Shown here piece after piece: positions 1 to 32,955 of a DNA stretch of 64,000 nt (the stretch's first letter is position 1; every line of letters begins with the position of its first letter). The position numbers were made by a program, and so were the translations under genes. The DNA comes from Hormiphora californensis (taxonomy: Eukaryota > Animalia > Ctenophora): contig CM035356.1 of assembly GCA_020137815.1 (NCBI GenBank), forward strand, positions 1,612,001 to 1,676,000. The letters are read 5' to 3'. The notes below the pieces were generated by a model. The model made no database searches. It was not told where the DNA came from and saw only the letters and a program-made list of their open reading frames with translations.

Positions 1-894
1 TCTGTATATGAGGTAAGAAGACCAAACAAAGAACACACTGTGGGAAAGAGCTACCAGATGTTCCAAATAGAGCAGTAATGAAGGGAGACACATGAAAAAG
101 AGGGGGGCGGTAAAGAGAAAGGATAAACGGGGCAAAGAAGGGCATGTGAGGGAAAAAGATATAGTTAACTGTAAATGAATATTGTGATAGACAATTGTTG
201 GCAATGGTAACGCCACATGAGACACATAAAAGAAACATAAAGAAGTATCCACACGACACACAGTGTGTAGAGAAAAGGAAAAGAAAGAGAAAACCCACAC
301 AGAATGTAGAGAAAACAGAACAGTCAACTATATAACAGAATATATTAACAGTAAAGAGTTTTCAGTGCTTTATGAGTCGTTAAAGAGGCGTGTCAATAAA
401 TTGCTACTCAAAAAGAGCACTTGTTTGAGACATGCAATCTATCTAAGGAAAACAGACAGTGAGTTATGAGACACATGTGTAGACTGTAGAGCAAGGAAGA
501 GCTAGGATAAGACACCGATCACTGAAAAACTCAGGCAGACAACAACGGAAAGAGAGAGAAGACGAAGCAGAGAAAATGAGTTTGCATGTGTAGTTGTTGA
601 GAGTGTGTGTCCATGTGTATATATAACTGCAGAAGAATATAATTAGTAATTAGAAGAAGGGCAATAGGATCTGCGTGGAATCTTTTCAATCTGCAGGGAT
701 GGGGAAGTAGGAGAGAAATCAGAGAAAGATAGAGAAGAGAGGAAAAGAGAGAAAGATAGAGAAGCGATAGAAAACAAGGATGGGGGAGAAAGGCACACGT
801 GCAGGGTTTCTACGCAATGCAGCTGGTGGAAATATTGCCGAAGTATTTAGGCAATATGGGAGAAAGAGAGGAAGACAGACAGGCAGGAGGAGAG

Positions 895-907
895 AGTGAG
901 AGAGAGA

Positions 908-992
<85 letters not shown>
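895..992. repeat. (AG)n microsatellite
   Basis: Near-perfect AG dinucleotide run. Similar AG/CT runs occur at ~1273-1480, 12197-12255, 15603-15772, 17250-18160, 21138-21237, 23841-23950, 24420-24495, 31370-31480, 46150-46850 and 55408-55468. Confidence 0.97.
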
Positions 993-996
<4 letters not shown>

Positions 997-1291
997 AAAG
1001 AGAAACATAGGGAGAGATATAGAGAGGGAGATAGAGGAGGATAGAGGGATATGAGAGAAGCGTGTCACTAGAGCAACGAGACAAATCACCTGTCAAAAGT
1101 GAAGAATTGTGTGATGCTCAATGTTAGAGGGTTTTTAATTTAAAACGTTGAATCGGTCTGTCGTAGCTTGTTCCCCATATTTTACGTGATTTTAAAACCA
1201 TATGGCACAGTGAGTTACTAAGGAACAATTCAATTCATTAATTCATCAATATGGTCAGCCCTCCTACCAGTTCTCTCTCTCTCTCTCTCCC

Positions 1292-1344
<53 letters not shown>

Positions 1345-1345
1345 G

Positions 1346-1456
<111 letters not shown>

Positions 1457-3005
1457 ATCTCCCACTCTGTCTCTTTCTCTTTCCCACTATCTCTTTATGC
1501 GATCACACTGACATATTTGTCACAAAAGAATGTGTCAGATAAAAAGTTACTGACAATACATTAATCACGACAAAGAGAGGTGATGCTCGCGACAAACTAT
1601 GTCTCTCCTCTCTCTCTGTCTCTCCCTCTCTCTGTCTCCCTCTCCCTCTCTCTGTCTCTCTGTCTCTCTTCGAGTTCAAGGTCATAAAATGAAAGAGTGA
1701 ATTAATCTGTCTCTTTCTACAAGTCAGATTTGTTTAATAAGTCAGTTACCGGGAAGCGGTCTAGATTTTGAGAGCAACAGAAGTTAGAACAAGGTCAATG
1801 ATTTCAGAATTAAGAACCCCGTTTGACTAGTCACTAAATACAACTGTAAAGGCAGGCTACTAACTGGTGATGTCTGACACACACACACAGTGAGGGGGAC
1901 CAGGTGCAATCCAGAGAGGAATGGGAGGGAAAGAGAGATTATAGGTGTAAATGATTGTCGTATATTGGAATCGATCATTTGCATAATCAGGTCCCTTCAC
2001 AATTACTACTGAGTTGAACAAAGAATACCGGCCCCCTCTCTCTAACTACCTAACCCCCTAGCCCCCCTACCCCCCCCCCCCCCCCATATATTACCCGGGG
2101 CTATAATACTAGTCATTATGTAATATACACACAGCAGAAGCGGCACATCATCTGGTGATGGATGTATTGACTATTGGGAGGTAAAGATCTGTTATACACT
2201 AAGATTGGGTGTTTTGGGGCTGCGGTAAACCTCTCATATAATCACAGAAAGTTCACAGTTCGTTTAAATATATATGTAGGCACATGCCACATAACCAACA
2301 TAATGATTAGAGTTGAAACTAAAGTCGCGGGCTAATGTAGAAATGAACAATGAACATGGTCCCTCCACCCTTCCTTTCCCCTCCCTCCCTTTATAATAGC
2401 TCTATATCTCTCCCTCTCTCTCCTTCCCCTACCCTCACTCTACGTTTGTCCGCCTCTACCAAATTAATCAACATACAACAGATGTCTTCTCATAACCAGT
2501 CAAAAAGGAAGGCTTCGACGCGATGGTAATGAACCAAGCCTTGTCAATACCCCTCTCTCTCCCTCCCTCCCTCTCTTTCTTATTTTTGTTCTCTATCTCT
2601 CTCTCCTTTCTCTCTGCCCCCTCACCTTCCCCTCTCCGAATCTCATATTAATCCCAAGATTACCATTCCCACATCGCTAGACAGACTCGGAAGGGTGCCT
2701 ATATAACTCATCAATTAATTACCGTCAGATGTAGGTTGATCGTTGGTTCCACTAGTCAGGTAAGACAGGAAAGATTCCTTCCTCTTAGTCAAATAATCCA
2801 TACGGTTTCCCTTACCACCTGCAAGTGTGTATTACACGTGATTGAAGACATTACACCGTGATCTTTGTTGGGAATAGCTGGGAATAGTATAATTATTGTG
2901 CAAGAAAGAGCGAAGGAGAGAGGTAGAAAGATTGCGCTGGTAGCTTCGTCTAAAGATGCACTGGTATGAGGCTAGGGAAAGTACAGCTCAATGCAAATTA
3001 GTTGT

Positions 3006-5581
3006 CTAGCTTCCTCCAATCCCTCCTTCTGAATATTTAGGACAACAGGAAGGATCTGGAGCTAGTTAAAGGTGGCTATTGAAGGTGGCTAAAAGTGGCT
3101 AGTATGATTGGAGAGGGCTTTGAACAGCGAGTAGTGGTTAATCATACCTTCAACAAAGGCCCACATTTCATCGACTGTAGAAATCAATTGATTTGTGATA
3201 CGTTCAGGATATATTATAAAATGTAAGACAGAAATCTTGATATGACGGGTAAAAATTAAAATCATTAAATTAGTTGACTTTACACAGCATTTGAAAACTG
3301 CAACACACCTGGTACAGCGAAAGAGAGGATAGATTTTATTCCGCTACTATTTTTACTTGTATCCAGGTCAACGTCAGGACTATAGAGGAGAGAGATAGGA
3401 TAAAAAGGGGGTCAGATACAACAATACTGACAAACTGACGGTGTAGCAAGTATTTTATCGATACACTTGTTCTGCCGGACCCTCACAGTGTGGGCAACAC
3501 AACGATAGGCCTATCGAGTACTTACTATGTTTCTCGAATTGCCTCAATTTGTTGCTCCGTACTTTCACAAACCTCCGCCTTACATCGCTCCACCTCTGAA
3601 AATCACAAATCCACATTACTTTATTACTCGATCAACCACCAATTCTCTCACCTATTCCCCCCCCTATTCTCCCATATATTCTCCTTCTTATTCTCCCACC
3701 TGTTTCGTCCTCCACTCCCCTCGCATTATTCTCCTTCTCCGCAGCTTGAAACTGTTTAAACATCATATCAAGATGAGGCTCCATCTCACTCATCACATTG
3801 TATGCGAAGTTAGCGAAGGAGAACTGGGCCAGCATCTGCTCTAACATTCGCTGCACGTACTGCAACTGTAACATAAACAGTTGTGCAACTGTAACACAAA
3901 GTGTACTACTAAAGGCGAACTGTAAAGTAGAGAGAATCAGAAGTAATAAGAATCTTAGCATAAGATGAGACATGTTGTGTTGATAGACAGGAAGGAATGT
4001 GACAGCTATGGTTCTAGAAGTAATAATACGCATTAATAAGGGGATTTAACGACAATTTTTGCCCAAACCGGGAAAAAATGTGTAACAAGAGTTTTCCAAC
4101 GCCATTGTACTCAGAATGGACCCCTCTAACGATCCCAACCAATGCTCAAATTGAGTAGATGGTGCTAAGGCCTCATTTTTACACATTTTTTCCCGGTCAA
4201 GCTGAAACATCCCCTTATTACATTGTGAATATACCTGGTGAGAGCGTATAGATTTCCGGAGGCTAGCCACGTAGTCTAGTTTCCTAGCGAGATGTTCCTC
4301 TCTTAGTTTCAGGGTATCAAAACATGCTTTAGCGTAACTTGGACCCGCCTGGGATTATTAGGAATCAATAAAGCGGTGTAAGAGAAGTTGGGGAAAAAGT
4401 GGCGCCCAACTGCGTTTCATTTTGGAATAAATAAAGCTTTACATTTCAATAATTCCGTATTTTTACAACTTTGCTATACAGTTGGTTCCATTTCCCCTAC
4501 TACTCACATTATGGCTGGTGTTATTATGGTCCTCCTGGCCCACTGTAGCTCTAATCCCACAATACCTCTCTGTCTCCTGGGCCAGTATGGACTCCTCTTT
4601 AGCTATCGTCTCGGATGTCTCCTGGAATATTTTAGAGAGGCTAGGATGTATCTAGTGTCGTGTGTAGTGTATTACAGACTAGTGTGTATCATAGTGTCGT
4701 GTGTCGTGTGTACTGTCAGATCAGATGTGCTGTAAACTGTATATCAGACATTTTGTACACTACTGCATGTATCGTGTGACTAAACATCATGTTTGTTTGG
4801 CAACATGAGTGGTGGTAACTGTGTTTGTACAGCGGTGTAAACCTGATCCCAGCCCAGTAGGTATGAATTGGATGTGATATCAAATACGGGGTAATGTGAC
4901 ACATGTACAGTAGAAGGTCGTAATATGATAAGAAAACACCTGAGAGGTATATATTGCAGAAATGCCACTTTCGGCATGCCAAGATGCAACAGAGTGGTAC
5001 AGTTAACAGTCGCCAGACTAAAATGTAGTATCTGTACATGAATCACAACTAGAGTCTAGTTACTAGACACACTGCAAATAATCGTGTAGTAAAGTACCTG
5101 TATCACGGTTAGTTGTTGACGGAGATCAGGGAAGGGTTGGAGTGTTAACAGTTCAGTTTGGGTTATCAACATCTCCCTGTACTTCTCTATCCGAGTTAAC
5201 CCTTCTGAAAACTGATGGAACAGCTTGTTATAGGAAACACCACACTTTGGTAACCTTGGTAACCGGGAGGGGTGGTAACCTTGGTAACCAAATTGCATTC
5301 CTGCGTTGTGATGGGTAGAATGGAAATATAGTAGAGCCTGTACTAACCTGAACCAGCGGTTCACTATACTCCCCCAGTGTATCTGCTGCATCCTCAATAG
5401 TCTCGGCTAACTTCTGTTGCACCTCACAGTACTCCCTGGCCCTCCCTACACACTCCTTGATGCAATGCTGGGTGGCTGTCACGTGGTTTAAAAAAGAGTC
5501 ATTTTGTTGTTGTGCGCTGACAAGGGTCCGTGCTGTTAGGGGCGAGGTGGTGAGAATATCCTCTAGCACTGGCAGCAGCAT
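3006..5581 (-). CDS. BAR-domain protein of the ACAP/APPL/oligophrenin N-terminal BAR type (multi-exon)
   Basis: Phase-compatible GT-AG exons at ~5347-5581, 5098-5221, 4508-4622, 4236-4348, 3700-3866, 3526-3595, 3309-3379, 3147-3173, 3006-3055. They give MLLPVLEDILTTSPLTAR...FHQFSEGLTRIEKYREMLITQ...ARKLDYVASL...MLEQMLAQFSFANFAYNVMSEMEPHL, which follows the ACAP/APPL BAR pattern (E..L.DSP..R; LDYV; AH..FF..GY). The 3' exons are less certain. Confidence 0.6.
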
Positions 5582-6151
5582 GGTACCTAGCTAGAACAAG
5601 TTTTGGGGTATTTAGGGGGTGAATGGGTTACTAGGGATCGAAAGCTAGAGCAACAACAAACCGTTTTAGTAAAACTTGTACATAAACATAAACATAACAA
5701 GATTAATTGCATTATGTTCTAACATAATGCTGAATTTCCCTGCCATGTGAATCTATGAAGAAAGGAAATCATGACCAGATCCGCTGTAGCAGCAAGCGGA
5801 ACACAAAATCCCGATCATCATATCACACAAACAGTATAGAGCAAATCCTTGTGTTTTAGTAGCACTAAATTGCGCGCCACGCCGCCACATTGCGCGCCAC
5901 ACATTTCCTGAAAACGTGCCAATGAAGTGGTTTATGAAGGAGCAGCTCGTAACTGTGTGCGCGGCTCTTGTTGCTACACCGTTGCCCCTCGCAACTAAAG
6001 TGTGACCAAAATGGTCCCTCTACCGATTAGTTAGTATACCAAAATCGTCGTTTTCGAATTCTAACCCTGCTATGCCTTTTTACAAAGTAAAAAGGCATCC
6101 GGGTGAATGCCTTCGGCATTCACCCGGGCAGGGAAAAAATGTGTCAATATC

Positions 6152-9100
6152 TCACTCTGGCTTCTTGATCCAAAGTCCCATCCCCTTCTCCTTTACAAAC
6201 AAGTTAAACTTGCCCCTCGCCTCTCCATACCCCGCCACCATCCTCTTATCCCTCACCTTCATCCCAGTCACATCCTCCAACTCCTTCCACAGGCTAACTC
6301 TGGCAATCCTGGACACCCCATTACCTGACCTCCCTCTACACCCATCAACTACCTCTACACTATCATCCCCCGCACACCAATTCAAACTCGCCTCATTAGT
6401 CTTACCAATCTCCCTCTCGGCCTCCTGCCCCGGGACACACCCTAGCAGAGGGTGGTTCACTCGGAATGGTGGTGGAAGTGTGAGACCTTCATATCGGCAG
6501 CACACAGCACGGGACAGATGGCCAGGGTGGTAGAGACACCCTAGAGTCAGAGTGGACATGTAGATCGGAGAGATATACTCAGACAACAGGCATCCTTGTA
6601 GACCTAACACATTCCATCTAGCTACCTTATCACTGCAGGACATAGTTTTTAGTCGTTGATGACCCATCATCAGCCCGTCTACAGTTAGAGGTTCCTCATC
6701 ACAGGGGACAGGGTTAGTCCCCTGACCACTCTCCATTTTACTCCTCAGTAGGCCCTGTTTCTCGTTCTCGATCAGGGGTGTGTGGGGTAGGGAGTGGGGA
6801 GGGCAGGATGATGAAGCCTCAGATACTGGGAATATAGCACTATCACCACACGGTGCTGTGCTGATAAAGAGATGGATCTTGATTCTAGGATCTAGAATAA
6901 ACTGTTTGTTACCACCAGTTAGAATGGGCTCAAAGGGGAAGGAGTTCTGGGCACGACCTAGGGATATCTGGAGCTGTTTCCCAAGGAATCTTCTAAACCC
7001 CCGTCTGGCTACAATTTCAGCGTGACTATCGTTAACTGTCTTCCCATCGAAGTTGATGTTAGCACCGTTAACTGTCCGGTTACCAGTCCCCAAAGATACC
7101 GCTATAAACTGCCGTGATCTCTCGTCCTCCAAAATAAACACAGCGATAACTTTGCGACCGGAAGAAGGGGCATTTGCAGTAGCAGCGAGTCTATTGTACG
7201 TCTCATATGAAAACTTTCCAATCTTAGAACAAAAATCAGCGGGTGAGGACACATAGTTAGAGATAGAGTTGATAAGAGTGGGGGGTTGTTTGTATGTGAT
7301 GGATTGCTGAGAGATCATGGTGGCGGTGTTATCTCGATATTGCTGCTCCTGTCGAGATGGTGTTGCCATGGTTACTGCAACACTCCTCCCTCCTCCCTCA
7401 CTATGAAGTATCTTTAGTGCACTCTCAGCAGCATTCATCTTGGCTTGTTTCTTACTGGATGCAACACCATCAAACACCCTGTCTCCTATAGTTAGTCTCA
7501 TGTGGAATGTCCTCCGAGCTGGATTTCCACTAGTCTTGCTAATGTTAAACTCCGCATTCTTCCCTAGTTTCTGGGCGTATTCCATCACAGCAGACACAGG
7601 GTTCTTGTTGACCGAGTCATGGAGGAGTTTGTTGGTCAGAGTGTCCGGTACAGTTGTTGTAAACCGTGGCTGTTTATTCGGCGGAGCTGGAGGTGCTGCC
7701 GCTGCTGAAATTAGATAGCTTGTGTAACTTGAGAGTGGAGGAAGTAGGGAAATAAAGACATGTGGAGAAAGAGAGAAAGTACAAAAAGATAGATAACCTG
7801 TGTGAGTAGGTGGGGGACGTTTTGCTGTATTTTTCTTTGGATTTATCGCGTACATCGGTTCATCCTTTTCCATTTTAATCTGAAAGAATACACATGGATG
7901 TCTGAAATGGCAGAGAGCTAAAGATCTACTCTCTAGAGTCTAAATAATCTGCATCGATTTAGAGCAAGCGAGGGGAAAGGCCAGTACGAACAATGCACAT
8001 GTGCATGTCTTATAAATTAACATTTACTAACCTCGATCACATACCCATTCCTAATCAGTCCATCCATAGCGGATGGGTTAACACTAATACGGGCAGTACT
8101 TCTCAACTGTCTGACTGTCCATGGTGTGTTCTTGGATCTCAGGGCCTCCAAAATAACTGATTCCTCAGATGACAGTTGAACACTAAAACATGTGGATTTT
8201 ATACGGCTGATTAACAAAAAGTTTTACATCATTGCTTTGATAACCTACCTTGAGTCGTTGCTCTGAGGAGGGGGTTGCGTTGTAGTTTCGGGTGGGGTTT
8301 GAAATCTAGGTCTGGGTGGTATTTCCCAACTAGATGCTCTTGGTGCTGGGCGAGCAGGTGAAGGTGAGGAATCATATCTGCTGGGGTGAACAGTAGATTT
8401 GTTTGTTGGAACAGGAGGAGGGCGGTAGGGTTGTGCCCGATTTGTTGGAACAGGTGGAGGGCGGTAGGGTTGTGCCCTATTTGCCGGGATGGGAGGAGGG
8501 CGGTATTGGTCTCTATCAGATGAAGGTGCTCCATATTGCTGACTATTGTTGGCTACTGGAGTTCTCCCATTGGCCGGTTGGTATCGCCCACTCGGTAGTG
8601 GTGGAGGTGGGGGTCTGTTGCCAGAGGGTGGTGGTGGGGGTGGGGGTCGATTGCCAGAGGGTGGTGGTGGGGGTGGGGGTCGATTGCCAGAGGGTGCCTG
8701 TCTTCCGAATTCACCACTATTCCTGTCTCGCTGTTTTGAGGCACCTGTTTGAGTAGTAAACTGTAGAATGGAAGTTTCAGTTATATAAAACAGGTTGAAA
8801 AAATGTTATTTCAGATACCTGTAAATTTAGTCTGTAAAGTATGTTGGAAAACTATCAACCAGTAGATTTCCAACACACTGAAACAGAAGCTCAACAGATT
8901 TCTTTGGGATTTTGGGATTTCTTTGGGATTAACACGTTTTAAAGAAACAAAGGGATATGTACTTATTGTTTACAAAGAAAACAGTTGAGCTAATTTTTAA
9001 CCTGCTTTAGGGTTAAAGCACCACATATCTGCGGATAGCTTTATTATTTGTCCTTGTGCTGACAAAGTTTCACACGCTCTAACAATAGCTTGGTGATCAG

Positions 9101-9179
9101 AGTGGCAAAACTTGGCTATGTCCCTTGTTGATCTGGGACCACTGTTGATCTTGAGTTTGGCAAGGACATTTGACTCCAT
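6152..9179 (-). CDS. ADAR: ADAR1-type dsRNA adenosine deaminase: winged helix - Pro-rich linker - winged helix - single dsRBD - deaminase
   Basis: Exons ~9002-9179, 8249-8744, 8032-8182, 7798-7879, 6152-7704. dsRBD KNPVSAVMEY...SKKQAKMNAA. Catalytic motifs DSHAEIVARRG, STAPCGD, TMSCSDKVARWNVLGLQG. ADAR1-type signatures LGTGNR, HLSRAVCCR, VNHP and H.P+.EN.KQG. Confidence 0.93.
8400..8710 (-). repeat. Coding tandem repeats in the ADAR linker: ~30-bp x3 (PSGNRPPPPP) and ~39-bp x3 (QPYRPPPVPTNRA)
   Basis: Repeated ttgccagagggtggtggtggg and gagggcggtagggttgtgcc units in ADAR exon 2. Confidence 0.85.
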
Positions 9180-10023
9180 ATCTTAGCCCTTAGGTCATTT
9201 ACTGGATAGCATTGGCGAGGTTTTGCGGTTATTGGACGGTTAAATTTTGACCTTTAAAGTCAATCAAATACAAAAACAAATACAATTATAATTTATATCC
9301 TGCTTTTGGGCCTATGCATTGTTAGTGTTAGGAGAACGCCGTTTTAATCGGTCGATTGAAGCAACGCACCCACCACTAACAAGCCTTCAATATTCAATCA
9401 TAAAATTCATACTCAATTTACCGCTTTTTATCTGTGTCTGAATCACAGAAATAGCAGAAACAATTTATGTATGGACTTGAACCGTTGGCATATGTGAGCA
9501 CATGCTCAATGCTGCTCAAGATCGCGAACTTTTGCCTTTTTTCGAGTTGGCAAACGTTGCTGGCGGGATAAGGCAGCGCTTTTCAATTTTTCGAGGGGAA
9601 AAATAAATTCATGACCTGTTTTTTTAAAGAGGTAAAATTTTCATCTCATGTCACTGCACCGCGCCGCGGCTTCTGTTTTAAAGTAAGGCGCGAGTATTTT
9701 CAAGTTTAATGCGCATTTTGAGCCGCGCGTCTGATTGGAGAATCGAGCGACACGATCCGAGTTTCCACTTTTTTGCCAAAAAGAACATTTTAAAATTTGT
9801 TTTTCTTTGCGGTTTGCCCTTTCGTCTCTGCGGTTACTAAAACACTACATTGTTAGGAGATCACAGAAGCCTTTTATTTTTGGGATTTATCTCAAAATTT
9901 ATGCAACCTAGTTTCCACAAACGTCCCGTTTTCCGGTTATCAAAATCCGACTTAATCAGACTCCATTAAAACCCATATTTCTTTCAGTAGGATATGACTT
10001 AGACAGACAAGAAACGAGGCTAG
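9180..10023. promoter_or_regulatory. Putative bidirectional promoter between ADAR and kinesin-3
   Basis: Divergent start codons ~840 bp apart. CpG/GCGC-rich patch at 9655-9765 with an inverted CCAAT box (ctgattgg, 9731-9738). Confidence 0.5.
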
Positions 10024-31839
<21,816 letters not shown>

Positions 31840-31861
31840 CCTATAGTTGATACTGGGCCGC

Positions 31862-31867
31862 AATAAA
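31862..31867 (+). terminator. Candidate polyadenylation signal of the kinesin gene
   Basis: AATAAA ~22 nt after the stop codon, with T/GT-rich sequence downstream. Confidence 0.4.
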
Positions 31868-32336
31868 ATGCAGGGGAGAAGCGGCATTTGTTTTTTAATT
31901 CTCTAGGTCTCCCTGGAATTATGGCGGACTGTTTTTTGAGAGTTTTTTGTTAAAGACGCAGTCTCTTTTTCTCTTAAATATATTGCTGTTTATGTTTTTG
32001 TTAGTGTTTGTTTTGTAAGTTAACTAAATAATTTGGCCAGCAACAGTGTGTGTGTGTAAAAAAAGCTGTGAGCTGTAAGAGAAAGCTAAATGTTGAGCTG
32101 TGAAAATAATGAGCAACATCTCGATCTGTTGAGAGAGTCTGACAAGACTGAGAAAGAGTGTGCTAGCATGATGTATGTTGTCAGACCTGATATCTTGGAA
32201 TGTTGATCAGGTCTGATAGTATAACAGCTAAATGTGTAGATGGGGTTTCTTTTTTTGATTGTTTCTGTTTCCAATTATATATCGTCGCTTGATTGTTTTA
32301 TCCATTGATAAAATCCTAGAGTTTTCATTGTCAGGA

Positions 32337-32492
32337 TAAAGTCCATTTTTATTCAACTGTTCACCCCTCAACTCATGCGCGTGCGATATTTTAATTTACG
32401 CTGCGCGCGCTACACGTTAACATGTGATAAACGCGCAAAACAATTCCGCGCACGACTTTGGGGGGTGAACAGTTGAAAAAAAATGGACTTTA
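32337..32492. mobile_element. Short MITE (TIR ~AAGTCCATTTTT..TTCAACTGTTCACCC), copy 1
   Basis: Terminal inverted repeats. The internal sequence tacacgttaacatgtgataaacgcgcaaaacaattccgcg is shared, in opposite orientation, with 57812-57962. Confidence 0.75.
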
Positions 32493-32955
32493 CGGAACTA
32501 AAAAACTCGGAGTTTTAGCGTTTGAGAAATGTTAAGTCTCAAAATATCACAATTCATCATTAAACAGAAGCCCTTTTCAGCGCTGTGAGATCTAACTCTA
32601 TTCTCCCGCCAAACTCACAGAGGCCGCGCGCACGGCCCCAAAAGTTTGGTACCGCGCCCTACGTCTTTGTGCTGCAGAAAACATTGCCAACACTGGGGCC
32701 ACACCCGGTACCACAATGTGACGTTGAACTTGGCTTTCTCACATATCAACTATACCTCATCTTTACAAATAATCACATAACAGTGTTCACTAGATTTCAT
32801 GATTCACTATCACATACAAACTAGTTCTCCATCTCAAAAACATTGTCAATATCCCAGTCTATTAGGTAGTAAAAAGAGTCCATTCTCCAGTCTCTTGGCA
32901 GAGTCTATACCAATTCTCCAGTCACTAGGCAGAGTCTATACCAATTCTCCAGTCT

